Positions 26,033-34,808 of a stretch of DNA of 55,750 nt are shown here, piece by piece. Origin of the DNA: Candidatus Micrarchaeota archaeon (GTDB lineage Archaea > Micrarchaeota > Micrarchaeia > Micrarchaeales > CABMGC01); assembly GCA_027315135.1 (NCBI GenBank), contig DAHUYR010000021.1, positions 1 through 55,750 of the forward strand, in the 5' to 3' direction. Under the pieces are notes generated by a model. The model saw only the letters and a program-made list of their open reading frames with translations. It ran no database searches and was not told the origin of the DNA. Position 1 is the stretch's first letter. Each line of letters starts with the position of its first letter. A program made the translations under genes and the position numbers.

Positions 26033-27073
26033 TTACCTAAGCATTACCTGGTTGCATCCTGCAACAGCCCCAAACTGCCCGCTTATTATCAGTTTCAGAT
26101 ATCCTAAGACGGGAACCCCTGCAATCCTGTACCCTATCACGCTGCTCTCATTTATAGGGTAGTTGCCGAATTCAATGTCAAGACCCGGGTTATTGTCCCC
26201 TTTCGTCAGTATATAATATGAGCTGCCAACCCTAAGCGCTGCGACGACCCTGTGTATTATGTCTCCGGTGAAGTAATCCTGCGGCGTTGTTGCGTAAATG
26301 ACTATTGGGTTCGAATAATTCTCTATTATCGTATGGTTCGCTATTGTAATCGACGAGGTATAAACTGCCTGCTCTGTTGTACCGTTTATTACTGCCTGGC
26401 CTATCGAATAATTGTACTTTATCAGATTTTTGCTCTGGTAACTCATAGGGACCATACACCTTCCATATTCCATAGGCTCAGAAAGATACGCGTAATAATC
26501 TATGCAGTGTGTGTTGTAAAGCCCTATGGCGTACGACGAGTTGCTGAAATTGCCTATATATCCTATGTCTGAAGGATTCGCCTTTGAATATGCAAAGAAT
26601 GCCAGGAATTCGGTATTCATATTGGCATACATGTTGCTGAATTCGCTCTGGCTCACATTGATTACAGGTATGCGGTTGCTCTGAAGGAAGTTCGACATGT
26701 TGCTTATGCCATGCAGGAATACAAGGTCTCCCCTATTAAGGACAGGCAGCATGCTGCAGCTCGCAACTACATTGACAGGCTGTGTAGTTCCAAGCGCAAC
26801 TATCAGTATCAACCATACTATGGCGACGGCGCCCAAGGCCTTCGCTATGTCTATGACTGTGCTCTTAGTTCCTTCATCCTTGATGCTCTGCCTGAATTCA
26901 TAAAATAATATTATGACTACAAGCGCAAATGCTGCTACTCCTATAAACAGGCTGTTGATGACAGCATATGCGATGACAGTTCCTGCAAGCACCGCATAAA
27001 GGAACCAACTGGTATAATCATGTTTCTGCTTCTTCAAACGATCATCTGCTCTTAGCCAACTCTGCAATCTCAA
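26033..27073 (-). CDS. Signal peptidase I, Sec11/archaeal S26B type, with large insertion
   Basis: Catalytic-Ser box VASCSMLPVLNRGDLVFLHG and C-terminal YILTKGDNNPGLD. About 170 aa of sequon-rich sequence separate the two boxes. The N-terminus carries TM helices. Confidence 0.8.
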   Translation of the reverse strand: MRLQSWLRADDRLKKQKHDYTSWFLYAVLAGTVIAYAVINSLFIGVAAFALVVIILFYEFRQSIKDEGTKSTVIDIAKALGAVAIVWLILIVALGTTQPVNVVASCSMLPVLNRGDLVFLHGISNMSNFLQSNRIPVINVSQSEFSNMYANMNTEFLAFFAYSKANPSDIGYIGNFSNSSYAIGLYNTHCIDYYAYLSEPMEYGRCMVPMSYQSKNLIKYNYSIGQAVINGTTEQAVYTSSITIANHTIIENYSNPIVIYATTPQDYFTGDIIHRVVAALRVGSSYYILTKGDNNPGLDIEFGNYPINESSVIGYRIAGVPVLGYLKLIISGQFGAVAGCNQVMLR

Positions 27074-30000
27074 CTCCGACTACACTTGACTCTGCAGACT
27101 CCTTTATTACACCTATTGCTACATCGGCGTCAACCACCAGCGAGTCGTTGTGACTGACTACAACAAACTGCACATTCTTGGACATATCCTTTATCAGCTT
27201 AGACAACAGCCTGGAATTATCCTTGTCAAGGGCGGAGTCAACCTCGTCAAACATGTATATCATTGAAGGATTGCGGGTGAATATGGCAAACAGCAGCACG
27301 AGGACCGCTAATGCTTTCTCTCCTCCGGAGAGCTGGATTACGGACCTAGAAGCGCCTGCCTCGCTCACCAACATATCAAGGCCGCTCTGTAGTGGATTTG
27401 ATACGTCACTCAGCCTCAACATTGCCTCTTTGCCCTCGAATATGTGCTTATGCAATTTAGTGAAGTTCTTGCTCACATCGTTAAATGTATCCATGAATAT
27501 CTGAAGCTTCTTCGATTCAATCTCGTTTATCATGTTCAATACTGCCTCCTTCTCCGCTTCAAGAGTCAGAACCTTCGCATCAGCTTCGTTAACCTCCCCT
27601 TTCTTAATATCATATATCTCAGGAGCCCTGAGATTCACATTCCCAAGATCCTTTATCCTAAGGCTCAGGAGATTGGCTTCAGCCTCCATATCCTCTATCT
27701 TGCCATTCACCATTTCAACAGGATTCTCGTAAGAAGCAAATTCTGCCTTTATGTCGCTTAACCGCGTCTCAGTCTGGCTCTTCACTATATTGAGCTCATT
27801 GATCTCCCTCTCCGCTCCGGAAAGCTCTGCGGCAGTCCTGCCATTTTCAATACCAACGGCCTGCAGCTCTGTCTCAATCTTCCTCATCTTCTCATATGCC
27901 TTGGAGGTCACGCTGCTGCTGTTCTTTATCTCCTCTTCAATCTTCTTCCGTGCTTCATCAAGAACCTGCTTCCTCATCTCAAACTCCTTAATGTCCTTCT
28001 TGCTCTTCTCTATCTCGCTGTTCCTTTTCTTCATCGATGAGGCGATGTCAGTCATTCTGGCATTTATCATCTCATTCTCTTTCGAGAGCTCTGCAATCCT
28101 TATGCGCATCCTGTCCAGATTGCTTCTCGCCTCGTTAAGCTTCTTCCTCTCTTCTTCCATGGCTCCCCTGCCTCTCTTTCCCTTATCCGCTGCAGCGAGC
28201 CGTGTCTTCAGTCTTTCTATTTCCATAGCTGTCTCCAGCTTGCTCCTGTCCATACTTGCCAGTTCTCTATCCATATCTGCTGCCTTAACATCAATCTCCT
28301 TGGCACCTGCTACTGAGTCATTAAGCTTCTTCTCCGCTATAGCTATATCTGAGGAGAGCCTCGCAGACATCTCGTTTATCGACTTAAGCTCGCTTTCAAG
28401 CAGCATCTTTTCCTTCCTCGCGTCAAACAATCTGCCTGATATTGCTTCATAAGACTCCCGTGCGGCTTTTTTCTCCGCTTCAAACTTATCTATGCGCATG
28501 TCTATTGTCCTTACGGACACCTTCCCATAGCCGGATCCGCCGCTTATTATTCCAGAGCGCTCTACAAGCTCTCCTTCAATAGTGACATATCTGTGCTTTC
28601 CGATGCCCTTCTTCTTCATCTGCTCAACGTCTTCTGCAAGGAAGGTATCCTCAAATATGTACTCAAAGACCCTGCCGAACTTCTTGTCAAATTTCACAAG
28701 GTCGACAAGCAGGCTCATTCCAGTCTCTTCCCTTTGCGATACTGTCTTTATCTCCTTTAGTGGTATGAATGTGGCCCTTCCAAGGCTATTCCTTTTTACA
28801 TAATCAATTATGCGACTCGCAGAGTCTATGCTGTCTACAACAAAGTATTCCATTCTTGCTCCCGCAGCAGCCTCTACTGCTGCAGAATATTCAAGTTCAT
28901 AAGTGCACAAAGACGCGGCCTTGCCGTAGAAACCGTCCTTCTCCTTGAATGCAGAGGCAAGCCTGGTCTCAAGCTGGCTATTCCTCTGCCTTGCATAGGA
29001 TCTCTGCTCCCTGAGTCCGATTAGCTTCTCGTCCGCTTTTTCTATAGTTGCAGAGACGCCTTTAGAATCGGCATCAAGCTTTTTCAGATCCGAATCTATC
29101 TCCTTCAATCTTGACTCTATCTCCGGAACTCTCTCCCCGAACTTATTCATCTCCGAAACAAGGGACACGGTAGATTTTGAAAATTCTTCAGCCTGCTTCT
29201 TATAAAATTCCTTTCTGTCGAGCATTGCTGACCTATCGGCATTGACTCTTGATACGTGCTCCTGCTCATCCATCAGTTTGCCGCTCAGCTCGAGTATCCT
29301 CTGATTTATCAGCCTTATCTCATCAGCCTTTTCATCAGCAAATCCCAGATAATCAAGTTCAGAGACAATCTTCGCATGTCCCTTCTCCTCCTCCCTCAGC
29401 CTTTCAAGCTCCTTTGAATTAAGCATGATCTTTTCAGCTATTCCTTTGCGTTCAGCCTCAAGCGCCGCTATGTCCATATTGCATTGGCTTATATACTGCT
29501 CACTGTTTGAAAGTTCTGCCTTTACATTTGCCAACTCCGCAGCGGATATTTCAAGCTTCTTGCTTCTTTCCCCGGAAGAGGTGGACCTCTCATTCATCTC
29601 TGATATAAGCGCCTGCCTTTCGGAATTCAGCTGCTCTATTTTCCTATTCACTTCATCGTATTTCTGCTTCAGAACGTTCTTTTTCTGATCTATAACAGCC
29701 ATCTTCTTTACTGCATCATCATAAGACATCTGCAACGCATCCTTCTTCATTGAAAGCAAGCTGAATCTCAGTGATTTAAGCCGTTTGTTGAAATTAACAT
29801 ACGATTCTGCAACCTCCTTCTCCTTCCCAAGCTCCTTCAAGAAGCCTGTCCTTTCATTCAGTAATACTCTTGCCTCGGAGATCTTCTGGTCCACCTTGTC
29901 CAGCTCCTTGAGGCTTTCATCCTTCTTTATATCGAATTCCTTTATCCCTGAAGCTATGTCTATAAGCTCCCTCCTCTCCTTAGGATTCATCTCTATAACA

Positions 30001-30434
30001 TGGCTTATCTCTCCCTGAAGCATCGTATTAGTGTAATCAGACTTTATTCCATGCTTCGCAAGCAGCTCCATCACATCTCCCTTCCTCATGCGCCTGCCGT
30101 TCACCCTGTAGGCATGCTTACCATCGGAGCGTACGTATCGTGTAACCTCTATATTGTCATCTCCGGTAAAGGCGAGCTTCACATACGCCGTATGCAGTCC
30201 CTTCTTCGCTTTGAGTGAATCTGAAAGCAGGTCCCGCATACTGTTAACTCTGAGTCTTTTCCTAGAAGTCACTCCGAGACCGAAAGTAAGCGCATCAAAT
30301 ATTGTGGACTTGCCGGAACCGTTTTTTCCAACCACGCACGTAAAGCCACCATTGAAAAGAAGTTCTGCGTGCTTGAATGACTTGAACCTGTGTAGAGTAA
30401 GTGATTTTAAGTGCAACATGTCCCTGATCGCCAA
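27042..30434 (-). CDS. smc: Chromosome segregation protein SMC
   Basis: N-terminal Walker A VVGKNGSGKSTIFDAL, long coiled coils flanking a hinge, then C-terminal signature LSGGEKALAVLVLLFAI and Walker B MFDEVDSALD. Confidence 0.92.
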   Translation of the reverse strand: MAIRDMLHLKSLTLHRFKSFKHAELLFNGGFTCVVGKNGSGKSTIFDALTFGLGVTSRKRLRVNSMRDLLSDSLKAKKGLHTAYVKLAFTGDDNIEVTRYVRSDGKHAYRVNGRRMRKGDVMELLAKHGIKSDYTNTMLQGEISHVIEMNPKERRELIDIASGIKEFDIKKDESLKELDKVDQKISEARVLLNERTGFLKELGKEKEVAESYVNFNKRLKSLRFSLLSMKKDALQMSYDDAVKKMAVIDQKKNVLKQKYDEVNRKIEQLNSERQALISEMNERSTSSGERSKKLEISAAELANVKAELSNSEQYISQCNMDIAALEAERKGIAEKIMLNSKELERLREEEKGHAKIVSELDYLGFADEKADEIRLINQRILELSGKLMDEQEHVSRVNADRSAMLDRKEFYKKQAEEFSKSTVSLVSEMNKFGERVPEIESRLKEIDSDLKKLDADSKGVSATIEKADEKLIGLREQRSYARQRNSQLETRLASAFKEKDGFYGKAASLCTYELEYSAAVEAAAGARMEYFVVDSIDSASRIIDYVKRNSLGRATFIPLKEIKTVSQREETGMSLLVDLVKFDKKFGRVFEYIFEDTFLAEDVEQMKKKGIGKHRYVTIEGELVERSGIISGGSGYGKVSVRTIDMRIDKFEAEKKAARESYEAISGRLFDARKEKMLLESELKSINEMSARLSSDIAIAEKKLNDSVAGAKEIDVKAADMDRELASMDRSKLETAMEIERLKTRLAAADKGKRGRGAMEEERKKLNEARSNLDRMRIRIAELSKENEMINARMTDIASSMKKRNSEIEKSKKDIKEFEMRKQVLDEARKKIEEEIKNSSSVTSKAYEKMRKIETELQAVGIENGRTAAELSGAEREINELNIVKSQTETRLSDIKAEFASYENPVEMVNGKIEDMEAEANLLSLRIKDLGNVNLRAPEIYDIKKGEVNEADAKVLTLEAEKEAVLNMINEIESKKLQIFMDTFNDVSKNFTKLHKHIFEGKEAMLRLSDVSNPLQSGLDMLVSEAGASRSVIQLSGGEKALAVLVLLFAIFTRNPSMIYMFDEVDSALDKDNSRLLSKLIKDMSKNVQFVVVSHNDSLVVDADVAIGVIKESAESSVVGVEIAELAKSR

Positions 30435-30574
30435 AATCTAATCTAATTTAAGGAATAAAAAGCTTGCCGTATCCTTCGTTGACAATGTAAAATAAGGAAA
30501 GCTCCAAATTCTTACGTGGCTTTTGCGGCAACAAACAGCAATCTAATAAAGCTGTTAACATAAAAGATATATTT

Positions 30575-30590
30575 ATATATTATAATATAT
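30575..30590. promoter_or_regulatory. Perfect 16-nt AT palindrome in the promoter region of the 30624..34791 operon
   Basis: atatattataatatat is its own reverse complement. It lies 34-49 nt upstream of ATG 30624 and could be a TATA box, an operator, or both. Confidence 0.4.
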
Positions 30591-30623
30591 GATATTATAC
30601 TTGAGTAAATAATCGGTGGAAGG

Positions 30624-30896
30624 ATGGAGATAGAGATAGACACTTTGAAACTTCAGAACATGGTTCTCAGGCTGTGCGGTCCAGAAGATGGTGGAGACAT
30701 ACTTGCGTACATCAATACTTCATCAGAAGTGGATCTAAGTGAATTGATCCACAAGTTTATAATCAACGGTGCAGACAGACGGACATTGCTCTCGGAATTA
30801 AGGAGGTTCAGGATAAATGATGCGGACATCGCGGATGCGTTCTCTGAAGCCATAAACAAAATCGCCAGTCGGGCTATACATGGAGAAACTGAATAA
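30624..30896 (+). CDS. Small soluble helical protein, first gene of the ATPase operon
   Basis: 90-aa ORF with GGTGGAAGG upstream. Its 3' end overlaps the next ORF by 17 nt. Confidence 0.6.
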   Translation: MEIEIDTLKLQNMVLRLCGPEDGGDILAYINTSSEVDLSELIHKFIINGADRRTLLSELRRFRINDADIADAFSEAINKIASRAIHGETE

Positions 30897-31545
30897 GTAC
30901 AAAATAAACTATGCTATTGAGGTGAGCGCTAGCGCCAAGAAGAAGCCAAGCCAGCTATACGAGCGCCTTTCAGCAGTAAAGGCTTACAAGGTGACTCGGA
31001 ATGACGACGACCTGACGCTTATTTCTGAAGGGAAAGACAGGCTCTTCAGATGCAATTTAAGCGCAAGCAGCATCTCAATAGAGCTGTTCGCAGAAAAAGC
31101 TGTGGAAAATCCGAAGAAGGAACTTTTGCTAATGCTATTTGAGATATTATCCGGATGCGATTGGCAGTACGGGATAGACCTGACTGACATATATGGCCAT
31201 ATAACAGATTCGTTTGCCAAGAACCAGCTAAACTACTATTCGAATGCAATAAAGGAGATAAATGCAAATGAGTATTCTGACATAGTGCTGGCAAAACGCA
31301 TAATCGGCCTCAAAAGGAAGAACGCTGAGCTTGAAGAAATTGCAGCAAAGCTCCACAATAAACTATCGAGAGTTGCTCCTGATGTGATAATCGGAAGGTT
31401 CAGCCATGGGTCTACCCTGCAGGAAATCATCGAATATACTGGTTTAGACAAACCTGAAGTGGAAGCTGCGCTTAAGGAATTGCCTAATTTAGGCTATAAA
31501 ATAATTGGACACTCCGGCAACAAATTGAATGTGGTTAAGATATGA
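30880..31545 (+). CDS. Operon protein with central coiled coil and C-terminal winged-helix-like segment
   Basis: 221 aa. KRKNAELEEIAAKLHNKL is a coiled segment, followed by STLQEIIEYTGLDKPEVEAALKELPNLGYKI (an HTH-like pattern). Its stop overlaps the next start (ATGA). Confidence 0.65.
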   Translation: MEKLNKYKINYAIEVSASAKKKPSQLYERLSAVKAYKVTRNDDDLTLISEGKDRLFRCNLSASSISIELFAEKAVENPKKELLLMLFEILSGCDWQYGIDLTDIYGHITDSFAKNQLNYYSNAIKEINANEYSDIVLAKRIIGLKRKNAELEEIAAKLHNKLSRVAPDVIIGRFSHGSTLQEIIEYTGLDKPEVEAALKELPNLGYKIIGHSGNKLNVVKI

Positions 31546-32108
31546 ACGGCATTATTGCATACTATATATCTCAGTTCTACCCGTTAATTATCGGCGTCCT
31601 ATTGTTCTTATTATTAAAATCATTAAACCTTCTGAAGCACAAGACAAAGGTTACCTTGGAAAAATCAACAAGCAGCGAAGTTACTATAGACGAATTAAGC
31701 CATATGCTTTCTAATCCTGTATATGACATACGCGACCTGCCTTCCGAAAGCGATAAGCAGCACTCCATTTATCTATGCGCCTACTTCGGGATGAATGTAT
31801 TCGGAAGTTATGTGATCAACTCAGCAGAGCCTAGGAAAGCAGCTTTCGCGAAGCTGATAGCAGACAGGCTGATAATGCAAGGCATCTCCATAAAAGCTTC
31901 CAGGTCAAATCAAGCAGAAAGCGCCTGGGCATGCACTCTCGGTATAATGGACTTAGACCATGCCTCCAATCTAACGGCATTTCCAGAAAGGCTGGAGATA
32001 TTCTCCCCTTCAAAAGAGGCTCTCCTCAATCACCTACTGAAGCCAAATTCATTATCCGGACCACTTCTCGGCCATCTCGTTAGTTACAATCTAGACATGG
32101 TGAAATAA
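31542..32108 (+). CDS. N-terminally TM-anchored operon protein
   Basis: 188 aa with an N-terminal hydrophobic helix IIAYYISQFYPLIIGVLLFLLL followed by a soluble domain. Confidence 0.65.
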   Translation: MNGIIAYYISQFYPLIIGVLLFLLLKSLNLLKHKTKVTLEKSTSSEVTIDELSHMLSNPVYDIRDLPSESDKQHSIYLCAYFGMNVFGSYVINSAEPRKAAFAKLIADRLIMQGISIKASRSNQAESAWACTLGIMDLDHASNLTAFPERLEIFSPSKEALLNHLLKPNSLSGPLLGHLVSYNLDMVK

Positions 32109-32109
32109 G

Positions 32110-32304
32110 ATGAACGGAATTGTGCTCTTGTTCAGGTACGCTGCACAAATCTCAGCAATTGCAGTGTCAGCCATGTCTATGCTGCTAGTGCTTTCAAGCA
32201 ATGCTGGGAGGACGGAACCAGTGCGGAAGCTATTGCTGAAGCAAATTGCAATATTCACCATAATTGCAATATTTTCATTAACTGCATATACGGTGCTCTT
32301 ATGA
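32110..32304 (+). CDS. 64-aa two-helix hairpin membrane protein (VirB2/CedA1-like topology, hypothesis)
   Basis: Hydrophobic helices AAQISAIAVSAMSMLLVLSS and IAIFTIIAIFSLTAYTVLL are joined by the basic loop NAGRTEPVRKLLLKQ. The ORF starts 1 nt after the previous stop. Confidence 0.6.
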   Translation: MNGIVLLFRYAAQISAIAVSAMSMLLVLSSNAGRTEPVRKLLLKQIAIFTIIAIFSLTAYTVLL

Positions 32305-32564
32305 GATATGTTCGTTACAAGCCTGTTATCGGCTACAAAAAGTATGCCGGAGTAATATCAGCATATTTGAATGTCCAAATTGCCATGCTTTCCATATTAA
32401 TGTCAATCGGAATAGGCGAATATGCGATACTGACAATATCTGTCATTGCAATAGTTGTATTTACGCTTGCCAGAAACCGCATCGCTTCGGAAATTAAGCT
32501 CTATCTGGTCCTCCTGCTGCCTAATGCAATCTCTTTAATTGCGATAAATGCGATAATTAGGTGA
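32301..32564 (+). CDS. 87-aa polytopic small membrane protein
   Basis: Three hydrophobic segments (VISAYLNVQIAMLSILMSIGIG; AILTISVIAIVVFTLA; LYLVLLLPNAISLIAINAII). ATGA overlap with the previous ORF. Confidence 0.6.
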   Translation: MRYVRYKPVIGYKKYAGVISAYLNVQIAMLSILMSIGIGEYAILTISVIAIVVFTLARNRIASEIKLYLVLLLPNAISLIAINAIIR

Positions 32565-32568
32565 ATGC

Positions 32569-34791
32569 ATGTCAGCACTACGCTCTATCGTAATCAATGC
32601 AGTGCCTTCAGACCTGAACCCGACGCTGCTTGTTGACTCTTTCTTAAACTCAAAGTTCGTGTTAATACACGATAATGCCACAGGTTCAACGCATCTGGTA
32701 ACGGATTCAGATGCAATACCGAGGTCATTGAGTAATTTTGGCATAGCTACCTCAGAAGAAAGTATTGGCTGGGCAGACGGCACTGTAAAACAGTTCAAGG
32801 TATTAACAGTTTATTTATTTGAGGATAACACGCGCTATTACGCAAAAGAAAATCACGCATACGAGAGTAAACTTGCAGACATGTATACGATCCTGAAAGG
32901 CACAGATGCAAGGATTATAATGGCATTCTCCCCGTCAGACATGGCGCATGCAACCGCAATCAAAAAAGCGATAGAGCAGGACATCAGCGACATGGATGTA
33001 AGAGTAACGAAAAATCCAGGCCTGCGGTTGGAAAACAAGAATTACTCAGTACAAGCAGATATTTACCACGATTCGGATAAAAAGAGAATGCTCATGTCTG
33101 CGCTCAACATGCTCAACGATGTAATAATGAGCAACGGCACATCCTATAAACTCTCCATACTTGTGGAAGCATCACAGGATTCGGAAAGTGCCGAAAGGTA
33201 CCTGAAAAGCAAACTGCTGATACTTAACGAGGAGAAGCTTACTGCAAAAAGCCCATTGGAGCTGTATGCTAACATAGAAAGGATTAACAGCATCCCCTTT
33301 TCCCTGGAAAGATGCAGCAAATTGATGTTCTTCTCAGACAAGATACGGAAGCTCCCTGCAATAAAGACTACATTCATTGCTTCAAACACTGGAATAATCG
33401 TGGGTAGTTATGTGCACAAGGGGATAAAAACAACAGATGAAAACCTGTGCATAACAAAAGAGTCCCTTAACCTCGGGGCTATAGTGTCAGGCCTTCCAGG
33501 ATCCGGGAAGACCATATCTGCAAAGAACATACTGGGGCAGATTGCTAAGGAAAAAGGGGCGATGATGGTTATAATATCTCCAAATGATGAATGGAACAAT
33601 TTTGGGCGTTCTAATGGCTTGGAGATAATAAAGATATGCGATTCCCAGAAGCCAATTAACTTTTTCAAATGCGACGACCTGATAAACCCTGAGAAGTTCT
33701 ATGAGGATCTGAGCATGCTCATAGCGTCTGCATCGAACGCTGGTCCGTACAGGAACTCGATAGAGAAGGTGCTGCTTTCTGCGTTCAACAAATCCTACAA
33801 GGAGGGCAGGGACCCTGATCCAAATGCTGTGTATTCAAATATAGAATTAGCCATAATAGAGCAGCACGCAACTGTGACAAACACTTCCATCAAGTACACG
33901 AAACACGGAGAGAACATAAAGGCAGCATTGCAAAATTTAAGACTTATTATATCAAGACCTGAGTTCGCATATAATAACGGGATAAACTTCAGATCCATAA
34001 TTGAGAGAGGCGCAGTATTCGACCTTTCAAACGCCAGCAATAATATGAAACCGTTCTTCTATGCGCTCATACTGAACCAGGTCTATGGCTTTGCAGAATC
34101 TTTTGACATATATGGGGACAACGAACTGCGCATGCTCATATGCATGGAAGAGGCACAGGTGGTATTTAGCAATGACGCCGATTCCGCAGCAAACCATGAT
34201 CTTGAGAACAGGGTGCAGAATTTCAGGAAGAAAGGAATAGGACTGTTCCTGATAACTCACAATGCTACTGACATAAGCCCGAGAATACGCAGGCTGCTGC
34301 AGTTCAAGATGTATTTCAGGCAGAGTGCAGATGTCGCAAAATATGCTGCCAACGATCTGGTATTCAACGAAGAGGAGGAGAGCGAGATAGTGAAGAAAAT
34401 GAAGGTGCTGGGACAGAGGACCTGTGCAGTGAGTTACATGCGCGTGGACGGAAGCCGAAAGCTCCCTGAAACCTCAGTATTCGTCGAGGTTCCGGAAACG
34501 ATTGAGGATCAGACTTACAAAAAAGAGGAGCATGCAGAAAAGAATCCAAAGCTTTTAGACACATTATTCATATTAAAAAGCAGGGAAGGTTCAGGAATAA
34601 CTGGTGCAAGGACTCAGCTGCTATACTTAGGCGAGAGGATAGCAGAATGCATCTCAGACAGCGAGGGAAGAGTGAAGTTTGCAGGCATGTTGCTTAATAA
34701 AAAATATGAATTAGTCATGCTTGGAGAAAAGAAAAAGGATTCGAAAAGGTTCCAAGTCTACGGCGGCAGGCCTGAAGAGCTGCTTGCCTGA
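32569..34791 (+). CDS. FtsK-HerA superfamily ATPase (HerA/DUF87/VirB4-class) with ~300-aa N-terminal domain and C-terminal beta-rich extension
   Basis: Walker A AIVSGLPGSGKTISAKN, Walker B RMLICMEEAQVVF (EEAH-like), then FRKKGIGLFLITHNATDISPRIRRLLQFKMYFRQ. That matches the HerA/VirB4 layout GRK.G......Q.p..i......n.......R. Confidence 0.75.
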   Translation: MSALRSIVINAVPSDLNPTLLVDSFLNSKFVLIHDNATGSTHLVTDSDAIPRSLSNFGIATSEESIGWADGTVKQFKVLTVYLFEDNTRYYAKENHAYESKLADMYTILKGTDARIIMAFSPSDMAHATAIKKAIEQDISDMDVRVTKNPGLRLENKNYSVQADIYHDSDKKRMLMSALNMLNDVIMSNGTSYKLSILVEASQDSESAERYLKSKLLILNEEKLTAKSPLELYANIERINSIPFSLERCSKLMFFSDKIRKLPAIKTTFIASNTGIIVGSYVHKGIKTTDENLCITKESLNLGAIVSGLPGSGKTISAKNILGQIAKEKGAMMVIISPNDEWNNFGRSNGLEIIKICDSQKPINFFKCDDLINPEKFYEDLSMLIASASNAGPYRNSIEKVLLSAFNKSYKEGRDPDPNAVYSNIELAIIEQHATVTNTSIKYTKHGENIKAALQNLRLIISRPEFAYNNGINFRSIIERGAVFDLSNASNNMKPFFYALILNQVYGFAESFDIYGDNELRMLICMEEAQVVFSNDADSAANHDLENRVQNFRKKGIGLFLITHNATDISPRIRRLLQFKMYFRQSADVAKYAANDLVFNEEEESEIVKKMKVLGQRTCAVSYMRVDGSRKLPETSVFVEVPETIEDQTYKKEEHAEKNPKLLDTLFILKSREGSGITGARTQLLYLGERIAECISDSEGRVKFAGMLLNKKYELVMLGEKKKDSKRFQVYGGRPEELLA

Positions 34792-34808
34792 GATTCAGCC
34801 CTAGAATA

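Noticed and set aside
27178-30441. Numerous plus-strand ORFs inside smc (e.g. 27751..28452, 233 aa; 29425..29688; 30154..30441)
   Set aside because: They are antisense shadows of the Glu/Lys/Leu-rich SMC coiled coil. Their translations are Ser/Leu/Phe-rich low complexity with no motifs, and the minus-strand SMC reading is unambiguous.
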